In this document: positions 9,538-18,697 of the stretch, in pieces | Layout: every line of letters starts with the position of its first letter | How positions within the stretch are numbered: position 1 is the stretch's first letter | DNA from: Escherichia phage dune | DNA: 64,000 nt | Sequence record: MN850636.1 | Direction: 5' to 3' (one strand) | Translations under genes and position numbers: made by a program | The notes under the pieces: generated by a model | Database searches by the model: none | Told to the model about the DNA's origin: nothing | What the model saw: only the letters and a program-made list of their open reading frames with translations

Positions 9538-11491
9538 TTAATACAGGTGGAATCGTTGAGCTTTGACGTTGTTCTTCAGTATAGACTTCACCAGTCTCAC
9601 GGTCAAACACTTCATCCTCATAATGAGGCAAAGAGTCATCATAATGGTCTTCAGCTTCACCAATACCAAACTGTTGACGAATATTTTCTGCTGCGCCATC
9701 AATGTCAACACCACATCCAGAAGCTTTAATAAGACGTCCTGTATCTGGATTATACCAAGTATGGCCAGCAATACCTGTTGACTTACCATGACGACGACAC
9801 TTAGTTAACTTGATTTTTGTCAAGTTTTTCTTAACTGGGTCTGGGTCAACCTTGTTACGCATTAACAGAATGTTATTCATAGAAATCTGAAAATACGCAC
9901 CAGAACCTTTGATATCCTCTTCAGAGATATCTCCACCTTCAGAGTTAGCTTTCTGACCACCTGCACTCTTACGAACGTGACATACGTTTACCTGCGCATA
10001 CTGGTAGCGTTTGCAACGACGCAATAGCTCAGACAAAACTTCTTCTTCATCCGTATCAGAACGTGACAGGGCTAACGTGATAGGGTCAAGAATGATAATC
10101 TTACAGTCTAAACTGTTAACAAGATAGTCAACAAACTCTAGCAGGTTATCTTGGTCAATTGCCCCTTGATGGTCAACGATATGGATACGACGGCCTTTAG
10201 ATAGTTCTGCGTGTGCTCCTTTTAATTCATCCCAATCCCGTTCATCATAAGGAATCTCAGAAATCTGCTTGCTCAGGTGGATTGCACAGAGCATCTCCAT
10301 CAACTCTTCATAGGTATCTTCTACAGGAATTACACCGATATTATAATCAGTTTCTTTCCAAGCTGAGTAAATCATCTCACGAGTGTAAGCTGACTTACCT
10401 ACTGAAGATGGTGCTGCAATAGTTGTAATCTCACCTAGACCATAACCACCATAAGTCAGCCTGTTCAAATCTCCGAAAGATTCTGGGAAAGGAATCAATG
10501 GAATCTGACCACGATTCTTCATTGCCTCAAAACCATCTGCAAAGTTCTTGATACCAGCAGGACAGTAACGAGGTGCATTGTAGATACGCTGCTTAAATCC
10601 TTCCAGAACTGTATCTTTCTCTTTATAGAACTTTGTCCACCACTCGTTAAGGTCTTTTACGCCTTCTGGATACTGGAATAAGCGAACCTTCTCAATAGGT
10701 AGGATACCAGCAGCCTCTTTGGTAGCTTTAGCACCTGCTTCATCGTTATCAAAGCACAAGTAAATCTCATCAAATGATGTGATGTACTGATAGTTGTCTT
10801 TGATAGACTTAATGTTTGCACCTGATGGAACAGATACGTGACAGTAATTCTTACGACGAGACTTGTCCTTAATCGCAAGAGAAGTCATATAGATTGCTGT
10901 CGCACATTCCATCTCACCTTCCCAGATGAATAGACGGTTACCACCTTCTGGAGCAATCCATGAACCGAACATTGCCAGTTCACCTTTAATGTCTCCAACA
11001 CCACCAGAAAAGTCTTTTAGCTTACCACGTAGGTGCTCTTTTGGATGGTCTTCTGGGTAACGGTGACGAACACGGTAACCAACATGTTCTAGCTTACCAT
11101 CTTCATTACGTTTGTAAGTTGGATAGAAATGTGCGTCAATTTCACCATCACTGTCAATGTCAACCTTGATACCTAAGCGTTCAAGGACTTTTGCAGGAAT
11201 CTTCCTGTCTTTCAAGTCCATTGCTTCTAGGTTTTCTTTTACATCGTCTAAATCCATTCCACGGAAAGTACGGTTTTTATTGTCTGAACCAGTAGAATAA
11301 GTGCTCACGATTTGTCCTTTATCAAAATCCCACTCTGGGAAACCTTTGTTACAACTAAAGCAAGTCATCGAATAAGAATCATCGTCATGATGATAGATTG
11401 AACCAGCATCTGATGAACCACAACGTGGACATGCGCAATGACCAACAAACTGACCAGCCTCTTTCAATTTACGACCTTTAGACATTAGCAC
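9500..11491 (-). CDS. Bifunctional DNA primase-helicase (T7 gp4-like)
   Basis: N-terminal Zn-ribbon CACPRCG...CFSCN, central TOPRIM-like region, C-terminal DnaB-like Walker A AAPSSVGKSAYT. Confidence 0.88.
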   Translation of the reverse strand: MLMSKGRKLKEAGQFVGHCACPRCGSSDAGSIYHHDDDSYSMTCFSCNKGFPEWDFDKGQIVSTYSTGSDNKNRTFRGMDLDDVKENLEAMDLKDRKIPAKVLERLGIKVDIDSDGEIDAHFYPTYKRNEDGKLEHVGYRVRHRYPEDHPKEHLRGKLKDFSGGVGDIKGELAMFGSWIAPEGGNRLFIWEGEMECATAIYMTSLAIKDKSRRKNYCHVSVPSGANIKSIKDNYQYITSFDEIYLCFDNDEAGAKATKEAAGILPIEKVRLFQYPEGVKDLNEWWTKFYKEKDTVLEGFKQRIYNAPRYCPAGIKNFADGFEAMKNRGQIPLIPFPESFGDLNRLTYGGYGLGEITTIAAPSSVGKSAYTREMIYSAWKETDYNIGVIPVEDTYEELMEMLCAIHLSKQISEIPYDERDWDELKGAHAELSKGRRIHIVDHQGAIDQDNLLEFVDYLVNSLDCKIIILDPITLALSRSDTDEEEVLSELLRRCKRYQYAQVNVCHVRKSAGGQKANSEGGDISEEDIKGSGAYFQISMNNILLMRNKVDPDPVKKNLTKIKLTKCRRHGKSTGIAGHTWYNPDTGRLIKASGCGVDIDGAAENIRQQFGIGEAEDHYDDSLPHYEDEVFDRETGEVYTEEQRQSSTIPPVLSEDADDCPFETE

Positions 11492-11678
11492 CTCTTCGTT
11501 GTAGTTCTGCCTTCAATCCATTTTCAATCTTGTCCAGTTCATGAATTTCATCTGCAATCTCTTTCCTTCGTGATTCAACTCTCTTAAGACGTTCAATCAT
11601 TACCTCATTGGAAAGAGATGAGAGTTCCACTAAACGGTGGTCAATAACTTTAAAATTGTCTTTTACTCTCATCTTCAT
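11478..11678 (-). CDS. Hypothetical protein (66 aa)
   Basis: ORF track. Confidence 0.4.
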   Translation of the reverse strand: MKMRVKDNFKVIDHRLVELSSLSNEVMIERLKRVESRRKEIADEIHELDKIENGLKAELQRRGANV

Positions 11679-11686
11679 TCTCTCTT

Positions 11687-12430
11687 TTAAACTTTAATGA
11701 TGGCTCTTAGCTTGTTCTCAAGGTCTGTAAGAGTACCATTATTATGAATAATGTCACGCTCATATTTGGTGGATAGCCCATTTTCTGAAACGTGTGATGA
11801 AACTTTGTCCACATTGTCTCTTTTTACTTCAATAGTCTGGTGTGCAAATCTACTCAGCCATTCAGCTTCAGAGTCAAATCTTAAATCACTGATTAAAACA
11901 AAACCATATTGATTTCTAAGTGAGCACATTTCATGGAATCTAACCATTCTTTTTTCAAGGTCTTTAGACCAGAACTTGTCGCCCATTACTTTACGGACAA
12001 CTTCAGTACCCCAAATCTGTTGAATTTGTCTTGATGAGAGTTTATACTTTTTGCTAAACCCCAGACGTGTCAATAGAGTCGGTTTAGCAACCTTCTTAAG
12101 CTCCATGATTAATCGTCCGGTTAATTCTGACATAAGCTTGAAGTCCATATGGTAACGTTCATCTCTGAAGGTGAACTCCATAGCTTCCGTAACTTTAAAC
12201 ATCAGTTCATGATATGATAAGTCAAAAACCTGTGGAGTCTCTTTAGTTTCACCGTACAGGTCATTCCAAGTCAAGTCAAATATCTTTGATGCAGATAGTT
12301 TAAGGTTGTCTGCAAAGGCCATTACTTCAACATTGTAGCCATACTCATCCTCTAAGATGTTCTTCACAATAGAACATGAGGTGTCTTTTCCAGAACGTGC
12401 CTTTCCAGTAAATGCGATAATATTACTCAT
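11687..12430 (-). CDS. Deoxynucleoside monophosphate kinase (T4 gp1-like)
   Basis: P-loop FTGKARSGKDT near N-terminus matching the dNMP kinase GxxRSGKDT pattern; 247 aa. Confidence 0.7.
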   Translation of the reverse strand: MSNIIAFTGKARSGKDTSCSIVKNILEDEYGYNVEVMAFADNLKLSASKIFDLTWNDLYGETKETPQVFDLSYHELMFKVTEAMEFTFRDERYHMDFKLMSELTGRLIMELKKVAKPTLLTRLGFSKKYKLSSRQIQQIWGTEVVRKVMGDKFWSKDLEKRMVRFHEMCSLRNQYGFVLISDLRFDSEAEWLSRFAHQTIEVKRDNVDKVSSHVSENGLSTKYERDIIHNNGTLTDLENKLRAIIKV

Positions 12431-12491
12431 TTTATCTCCATTAATTACTAAAAAGCCCCCAACTAAGGAGGCTTGTAAGATTTATAAAGAC

Positions 12492-13292
12492 TTAGTGTAG
12501 TTGCTCAGCAGACTCTTTTTCAGCCATAGCTGAGAGTTGCTTCACAAAATCATCACCGAAGTTAATGCGTAGTTTCTCTTCAATGATGGAAGCACCAATG
12601 TTCACCAAAACATCATTGATTGCTTGCATACTGACGCCACCAGTCATCTCTTCAATAAACTCAATACTCACACCCATCATCTGTGAAAGTTGGATTAGTG
12701 CAACGATATTCATCATCGTAGAGATAGCTGGAATCATCAGTGCAACTTTCACCTGAAGTGGTTCTATATCAGCTACAGAGTCATTTTCAACAGCTTCTTC
12801 CAAAGAATCTTTGGTTTGCTGGATAATTTCTTGGATTCGTGGGTTTAATTCTTCTACGCCCCAATCAAGTTTTTCATATCGTGAAAGTTTCTCTTCCATG
12901 CGCTTCTCAAGAACAGCCATAACAGCACTCGTTGATGAGATAAGCGTATCAATAATGAAATCAGTGTCCTTAGTCAGCAACAGCTCCTTATCTTCGTCTG
13001 ACATCCTGATATAGTCATTTCTCTGCATCTCATAAAAAATGAACTCTGCAAGAGCATCAACACCAACCGCAATAGATGCCAGAGCAAGTGTTTTGTCGCA
13101 AAGCATCATGTTAACCTGTTCTGCAAAAGCATCGTTATCAGACTTGTCTTTAGGCAGATTGTAGCTTGCAGGCATAAACTGTTCTGTATAGTTGTTACCA
13201 CGAAGAATCATAGCCATGCTTTCTACGGCATTGATTAAAAATGCTTCGTCAATACCTTTTTCTTCAAGCATCTTTTCTACATCGATATTCAT
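12492..13292 (-). CDS. Hypothetical protein (266 aa)
   Basis: ORF track. Confidence 0.5.
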   Translation of the reverse strand: MNIDVEKMLEEKGIDEAFLINAVESMAMILRGNNYTEQFMPASYNLPKDKSDNDAFAEQVNMMLCDKTLALASIAVGVDALAEFIFYEMQRNDYIRMSDEDKELLLTKDTDFIIDTLISSTSAVMAVLEKRMEEKLSRYEKLDWGVEELNPRIQEIIQQTKDSLEEAVENDSVADIEPLQVKVALMIPAISTMMNIVALIQLSQMMGVSIEFIEEMTGGVSMQAINDVLVNIGASIIEEKLRINFGDDFVKQLSAMAEKESAEQLH

Positions 13293-13293
13293 A

Positions 13294-13716
13294 TTATTTC
13301 TCTCTCAGTTGGTTAAGTTTCTTTCTAGAACATTTTAAGTTTTCAGATGAAGAAAAGTCAAGTGTCTTTTCAGAACGTGGATAATAGTGCCTATCCCAAG
13401 AAGTTTCAACATCGTTAATCAGTGACGCTAGATTACACAGGTCTGTACCACTTTGCAACCTCTTTTTAAGAGAATCTAGTAAAGCAACTGTGTCTTTAGC
13501 TTTACGTCTCGCTGTAGCAACATCTTTCATATGCTCAAATACAGAGCATTTTAAGTCATCTTCATAGTTTTCAGACAACTCTATTTCATGTTGTATATCA
13601 ACCATTCTCCTGTGATGGTGAGCATATTCCCGTTGAGCAGCAATGTCAAGTTCTTCCAACTTCTGCAAAGCTCTAACAAAGTCAGCTATGTCTGGGTGAA
13701 CAAACATTTTCTGCAT
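13294..13716 (-). CDS. Hypothetical protein (140 aa)
   Basis: ORF track. Confidence 0.5.
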   Translation of the reverse strand: MQKMFVHPDIADFVRALQKLEELDIAAQREYAHHHRRMVDIQHEIELSENYEDDLKCSVFEHMKDVATARRKAKDTVALLDSLKKRLQSGTDLCNLASLINDVETSWDRHYYPRSEKTLDFSSSENLKCSRKKLNQLREK

Positions 13717-13883
13717 GTAAGCCTCTTTTAAGTAACTATTAAGTTTTAATCTTTTATCTTAACGTATTCTATACGTTATACTTTAAAGCTTTTTAAAAGC
13801 TATTAAATAATCTTTTAAGAGTTTTAAAGTATCTGTATAGTTAAACTGTTAAGTAACCTTTTAAGTAAAAACCCACTTCGCAA

Positions 13884-13912
13884 AGATTAACACCTTGTCA
13901 AGTGTATTGTCA
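13884..13912 (+). promoter_or_regulatory. Conserved motif ACACCTTGTCAAGTgtaTTGTCAAC upstream of DNA polymerase operon (second copy at 56143)
   Basis: Near-identical 24-nt motif at the heads of two plus-strand gene blocks in divergent intergenic regions; TATAAT at 13923. Confidence 0.4.
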
Positions 13913-13973
13913 ACTTGCTTTTTATAATTTTTTGCAGTAATGTATGAGGTTAATGATTTTAGAGGGAGTAAAA

Positions 13974-16673
13974 ATGGAAAACGTAGATTTTAAGAACTTA
14001 CATTTAGTTGGTGATACAGAAACTGATGGTTTACTCCTTGAGTTCACTAAAGTTCACGTAATGGCTTTTGCAGACTATAAATCTGACGATGAAGAGCCAC
14101 CTGTATGGGTCTTCACAGATGAGCCTATCCTCGGTCACAAGTACACTAAGTACATTAAGGGTGGTTTACGTGAAGGTGTTGAGTTTGCGTTAAAGGCAAA
14201 ACGACTTTGTATCCATAATGGTCTCGGTTATGACTGGTGGGTTTTCAATCACATTGCACCGGATTTATGGAACTTTGATAATCCAAAATGTAAGCCGTGG
14301 AGTAATTTCTTTCAGGACTCTCTTATCCAGTCTCGTGTTCAGTGGATGGATAGACCAACTCCAAAGGGTTATAAAGGTGCTCATGGTTTGGCTGCATGGG
14401 GTGCTCGTGTTGGTGTTCGTAAGCCAGAGATTGAGCATTGGGGTGTGTGGAATGCAGAAATCTTCACTCGTGTTGTAGAAGATATTCGTATTAACGCCAA
14501 AACTAAACGGGCACTTGATAATGAGTATCTCAAGCTTAAGAAGTGTGGCATAGACACTTATGAAACCTACATGCGAGCTAAAGAAACATCTTTCTGGATG
14601 AGTCAACAAGCTATCAATGGTTGGAAAGCTGATAAAGAGCTTATGGAGTTCCATGTAAAGGAACTTGACAAGTTGACTAATGAGCTTGCTTCAGAGGTTG
14701 AACCACACCTTCCTCCAACTATTAAGACCAAAGGTAAAGTCACTGGAGAAGAGTTTGCAAAAGCTTGGAATGAGTATGTTGAAACATTTGGTCATGCAGA
14801 TGGACTGAAGAGAATTACCAAGTACCCTAAAACAAAGTATCGTCAGCAGGTACGTAACGGTGAGATGCAGACATACGAAATCAAGCCATTTGGTAAGCCA
14901 ACTACAAAGATTTTTAACATTGAAAAGAGAAATTGCTATACACCAACCAACTCTGTAACTGGTGAGGAGTACAAGGAAGGCTTTGTAGCAATGAAGGATG
15001 CTCGTGCAATTTGCAATGAGTTGAACGCAAAGATTGGTAAGAAATGCAAAGACTGGAAGCCAGTAAAAACAGTCAAAACTGTGAAGTACTATAACAGCCA
15101 CGTTGTTAACCACTTTGAGCTTGAGTCGAGTCGCTACACAGGTTTGATTGATGCACCATATACACCAATTGAGTTTGAAGTTTCCCGTATGACTCAGGTA
15201 GCAGTTGTTAAAGACTACTTGAAATCAGTTGGTTGGATTCCAGATGACTGGAACTACAAGAAAGACTCAGATGGTCGCCCTGTCAAAGTTTGTCGTTTCA
15301 AAGACAATAAAAAGATGATTACAAAACATCCTAAGTGGCAGGAAATGGTTGAGCGATGTGGTTTGAGCTATGTTGAACATGAAGGTGTACAGTACATCGA
15401 GCATAACTGGTCTGTGAAGAAATACACAGATTTGCTTGAACCTTGCTTAATCCGTACTTCACCAAAACTTACTGAATCATCTTATGATACGATTGAAGGT
15501 GAGCTTGGACAGAAGATTGCTAAGTACTATACTTTGATGCACCGACGCAGAACTATTGAGAACTCAAAGGATGATGAAAAAGGTTGGTTGAACCAGATTC
15601 GTCCTGATGGTCGCCTTAGTGCTGGTGCAATGGTATTTGGCACTTCAACTGGACGTATGACACAATATGGTATTGTAAACGTACCGTCTGGTGCTGCTGT
15701 CTATGGGGAACCAATGAGGGCAGTGTGGATTTGTGAAGAAGGTACTAATGTTGTCTCTGTAGACATGAACTCAGCCCAGCTAGTTCTCCTTTGTAACTTT
15801 ATGGGTGACAAAGACTTCACCAAAGCGGTAACGCAAGGTAAAGAAGAGATTGAGTTTATTCGTCAAGAAGATGGACGCTATTACTGCAAACATTTTGATG
15901 AGTACCTAAACCCAGAGATTGATAAGTACCTTCGCTATGACTCTGAGAATGACCTGTACGTTGTCTATTCAGGGACTGATGCACATACACTGAATAGTAT
16001 TTACTTTAGCTTGAATGATGAGCAGGATATCTTGACTTGTCGAGCTACTCAGGATGAGAATCTTCTTCATGAGATTAGCAAAGGTCGTAAGAAAGCTAAA
16101 AATGGTATCTATGCACTACTGTTCGGTGCAGGTGATGAAAAGTTTGCTAAAACTATTAAGGCAGCCACTACTCAGGAAGGTGCATTAACTAAACAGACTT
16201 ACTTTGTGCGTTTGCCAAAGATTAAGAAGCTGCTAGATGACTTGGAAGCTGACTACAAAGCAACTAAAAAGGCACTTGAAGAGGTGTTTGGTAAGACTGC
16301 TGCAATCTCTAAAGGGGGTTTTGTAAAGGTTGCTGGAGCTTGGTTGTGGTGTAAATCTCCACATAAGTTGTTGAATTATTTGCTCATGGGTTCGGAAAGT
16401 CAGATTCAGAACGAGGCAATTAACCTTGCTTGCCGTCGTATGATTGACGAAGGTTTGATGAAGTTGAACGGTCGCAAACCAGCTATAGGTGCTCGTTTAT
16501 TGTGCTCCTATCACGACGAGACGAGTTGGGAATGCCCAGAAAGTATGACGGCAGAGGTGAAGGCTGTCACTGATTGGTATTACGGGCAAGCCTCTAAGAA
16601 CTTAGGACTAAAGAGTGAAACACTGGTAACTGGTACTGGTAAGGTTGGTAAATCGTGGTTGGAAGTGCATTAA
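13974..16673 (+). CDS. DNA polymerase, family A (T7-like) with 3'-5' exonuclease domain
   Basis: Exo I motif VGDTETDGL; motif A VSVDMNSAQL; motif B KNGIYALLFGAG; motif C YHDE; ATG at 13974 with AGGGAG RBS (track start 13944 is upstream in-frame). Confidence 0.92.
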   Translation: MENVDFKNLHLVGDTETDGLLLEFTKVHVMAFADYKSDDEEPPVWVFTDEPILGHKYTKYIKGGLREGVEFALKAKRLCIHNGLGYDWWVFNHIAPDLWNFDNPKCKPWSNFFQDSLIQSRVQWMDRPTPKGYKGAHGLAAWGARVGVRKPEIEHWGVWNAEIFTRVVEDIRINAKTKRALDNEYLKLKKCGIDTYETYMRAKETSFWMSQQAINGWKADKELMEFHVKELDKLTNELASEVEPHLPPTIKTKGKVTGEEFAKAWNEYVETFGHADGLKRITKYPKTKYRQQVRNGEMQTYEIKPFGKPTTKIFNIEKRNCYTPTNSVTGEEYKEGFVAMKDARAICNELNAKIGKKCKDWKPVKTVKTVKYYNSHVVNHFELESSRYTGLIDAPYTPIEFEVSRMTQVAVVKDYLKSVGWIPDDWNYKKDSDGRPVKVCRFKDNKKMITKHPKWQEMVERCGLSYVEHEGVQYIEHNWSVKKYTDLLEPCLIRTSPKLTESSYDTIEGELGQKIAKYYTLMHRRRTIENSKDDEKGWLNQIRPDGRLSAGAMVFGTSTGRMTQYGIVNVPSGAAVYGEPMRAVWICEEGTNVVSVDMNSAQLVLLCNFMGDKDFTKAVTQGKEEIEFIRQEDGRYYCKHFDEYLNPEIDKYLRYDSENDLYVVYSGTDAHTLNSIYFSLNDEQDILTCRATQDENLLHEISKGRKKAKNGIYALLFGAGDEKFAKTIKAATTQEGALTKQTYFVRLPKIKKLLDDLEADYKATKKALEEVFGKTAAISKGGFVKVAGAWLWCKSPHKLLNYLLMGSESQIQNEAINLACRRMIDEGLMKLNGRKPAIGARLLCSYHDETSWECPESMTAEVKAVTDWYYGQASKNLGLKSETLVTGTGKVGKSWLEVH

Positions 16674-16683
16674 TGGTGACAAA

Positions 16684-17211
16684 ATGATTACACAAGAACG
16701 TTTAAAGGAGCTACTACACTATGACCCCGAAACAGGGGTCTTTACTTGGCTTCGTAGAGAGGGTGACTCAAGGGCTGTTAAAGTCTTTAATAGTAAGTAC
16801 GCAGGACAGGTAGCGGGGAGCATCCAGATTGACTCAACTGGTCATAAGCAGATTACTATCTATTTTGACAAGAAAGCACATAAAGCACATAGACTCGCAT
16901 GGCTGTACGTGTATGGTAGGCTACCGAAAGGTGTTATTGACCATATTAATGGGGACTCCCTTGATAACAGGGTTGTAAACTTAAGAGAAGCAGATGACTG
17001 CCAAAGTGCTTGGAATAAAAGCAAACTATCCACCAATAAATCAGGCTATAAGGGTGTAAGCCTGAAGAAGAAGTCTGGTAGGTGGGTTGCGCAAATAAGC
17101 TATAAAGGTAAAAAGATGTCATTAGGCTACTATGACACCCCTGAAGAAGCCCACAAAGCTTACTGTGAAGCTGCTATTAAACTCCACGGAGAGTTTGCAA
17201 AACTAAGTTGA
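16684..17211 (+). CDS. HNH homing endonuclease with AP2-like domain (paralog of 6581-7081)
   Basis: LKELLHYDPETGVFTWL, AHRLAWLY...IDHINGD..DNR..NLRE, SGYKGVS...GRWVAQI; starts 8 nt after polymerase stop. Confidence 0.82.
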   Translation: MITQERLKELLHYDPETGVFTWLRREGDSRAVKVFNSKYAGQVAGSIQIDSTGHKQITIYFDKKAHKAHRLAWLYVYGRLPKGVIDHINGDSLDNRVVNLREADDCQSAWNKSKLSTNKSGYKGVSLKKKSGRWVAQISYKGKKMSLGYYDTPEEAHKAYCEAAIKLHGEFAKLS

Positions 17212-17262
17212 CAAGGTACTCAGGGAAGAGTACCTTATACTGTATCTTGTATAGGAGGGCTT

Positions 17263-17472
17263 ATGAGCCACCGTGGAAGAACCCATGCAGCAATGATGAA
17301 AGGTGCTTCAAAGGAAACTATCAAGAACCGCAAGCAGAAGTTGTTTGAGAGAATGAACAGGTTAATTGACAATTCATCTCTTTCAGGTTCTGAGAAGGTT
17401 TTCTTGAAAGGTAATCTGAAAAGCATTGCACAAGAACTTATTGACATTGAGTATTGGAGACATCAAAAATGA
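17263..17472 (+). CDS. Hypothetical protein (69 aa)
   Basis: ORF track. Confidence 0.4.
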   Translation: MSHRGRTHAAMMKGASKETIKNRKQKLFERMNRLIDNSSLSGSEKVFLKGNLKSIAQELIDIEYWRHQK

Positions 17473-17681
17473 CACTTGCAGACGTTATCCAACAACTTCA
17501 TGATAACTGCTATACTCCAGAGTTGATTCAGGAGATGCTTATTGTAGTGATGCCTAGTAAGTTCGTAAAAGGTTTTAATAATGACTCTTTAAGGTCTGCG
17601 CATATCCTTATTGTTGATGGTAAGATTGCAAGGGACCGTACTGGAGTCCTTAAGGGCGAACGTATTAATATTAACCTCTGA
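17469..17681 (+). CDS. Hypothetical protein (~70 aa)
   Basis: ORF track; ATGA overlap with previous stop. Confidence 0.4.
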   Translation: MTLADVIQQLHDNCYTPELIQEMLIVVMPSKFVKGFNNDSLRSAHILIVDGKIARDRTGVLKGERININL

Positions 17682-17868
17682 ATATTGGAGATACCGAAAA
17701 TGAAACGCAAAGTTAAGTTTTTTAATTTATATGGAAGAGTTGGTAAAGGTTTTGACTGGCAACTGTTACGCTCAAATGTTAAAAGCAATGAATTAGCACC
17801 ACTTATCATTCATTATCGACGTACATACAGAGAAGTAGAGCATCGTGAACAGTAAACAGGGGTGTATT

Positions 17869-18105
17869 ATGTGGAAATCAGTAATTGCGCTTGGTGTTAT
17901 TTTTCTATCTGGCTGCAAACCTTCTTATGAAGATAAAAATGCTTCTTACAGCCTCCCACCAGAGATGCAAGATTGCAGAGTATACAAGTTACATGGTGAT
18001 GCTATAAGCAGAGATATTGTTGTTGTCAGATGTCCAAACTCCCAAACAACAACATCTTATAGCTATGGCAAAAATGGTCAATCACACACTACGGTTATTG
18101 AGTGA
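17869..18105 (+). CDS. Putative small lipoprotein
   Basis: N-terminus MWKSVIALGVIFLSGC: signal peptide with lipobox L-S-G-C; RBS AGGGGTG upstream. Confidence 0.5.
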   Translation: MWKSVIALGVIFLSGCKPSYEDKNASYSLPPEMQDCRVYKLHGDAISRDIVVVRCPNSQTTTSYSYGKNGQSHTTVIE

Positions 18106-18115
18106 GGGTTTCACG

Positions 18116-18322
18116 ATGGAAGTCCTAGTAAACTATATCTATTGTTATGATGTTGTTCACTCTACTACAACGGTAGCTCAACGTAACCCAATCGTCCCAC
18201 GAGAAGGTGAGTTGGTTCGCATTGATGGTTGGACTTACACTGTGGAAAGCATCATTCATAAGTTTGATGTTGCTGGTGATGTTCAAGTTATTGACGTAGA
18301 AATTGGTGGTAAGAGAAAATGA
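18116..18322 (+). CDS. Hypothetical protein (68 aa)
   Basis: ORF track with internal ATG after GAGGG RBS. Confidence 0.45.
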   Translation: MEVLVNYIYCYDVVHSTTTVAQRNPIVPREGELVRIDGWTYTVESIIHKFDVAGDVQVIDVEIGGKRK

Positions 18323-18486
18323 AATCTAAGCAAACAATGGCAGATGCAATCTTCACAGTACACAGTTTCGAAAGGTTGCGCATCAAAGATGCAAAGGATA
18401 CCCCAAAATGCGTTGTACATTTTATTAAAAGGCGTAGTAACATGTCCTATATGAAATCTGACAAAGGTGAGAGTACAAATGGATAA
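18319..18486 (+). CDS. Small hypothetical protein (55 aa), not in ORF track
   Basis: Hand translation MKSKQTMADAIFTVHSFERLRIKDAKDTPKCVVHFIKRRSNMSYMKSDKGESTNG; ATGA coupling with upstream stop. Confidence 0.4.
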   Translation: MKSKQTMADAIFTVHSFERLRIKDAKDTPKCVVHFIKRRSNMSYMKSDKGESTNG

Positions 18487-18697
18487 AGATAACAAATATA
18501 ATAACGCCGTCCTTACAGAAGATGGTGAGCTTGAAACATTCATTCTTCGTGTTGATGGTAAACTATTCCGGTGTCGTTGTGGGTCAAACTGTTTTCATAA
18601 ACCAGATAAAAATGACTTAGAGCTTTACGCATGTAATGCTTGCAATACTTGGTATCACTCAGAGGTTAAAAATGACAATTCTATACAAACAAAATAA
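18479..18697 (+). CDS. Putative zinc-ribbon protein
   Basis: CRCGSNC ... CNACNTW two Cys pairs; RBS GGTGAGAG. Confidence 0.45.
   Translation: MDKDNKYNNAVLTEDGELETFILRVDGKLFRCRCGSNCFHKPDKNDLELYACNACNTWYHSEVKNDNSIQTK

Noticed and set aside
13896-13928. TTGTCA motifs as canonical sigma70 -35 boxes for the polymerase operon
   Set aside because: Spacing to the TATAAT at 13923 is 21 or 9 nt, outside the 16-18 nt range
14265-15113. Minus-strand ORFs inside the DNA polymerase gene
   Set aside because: Antisense to a strongly supported CDS with polymerase motifs
17217-17251. TTGACA at 17218 as promoter
   Set aside because: No -10 at proper spacing; the adjacent GGTACTC/GAGTACC hairpin is more consistent with a weak terminator after the HNH gene
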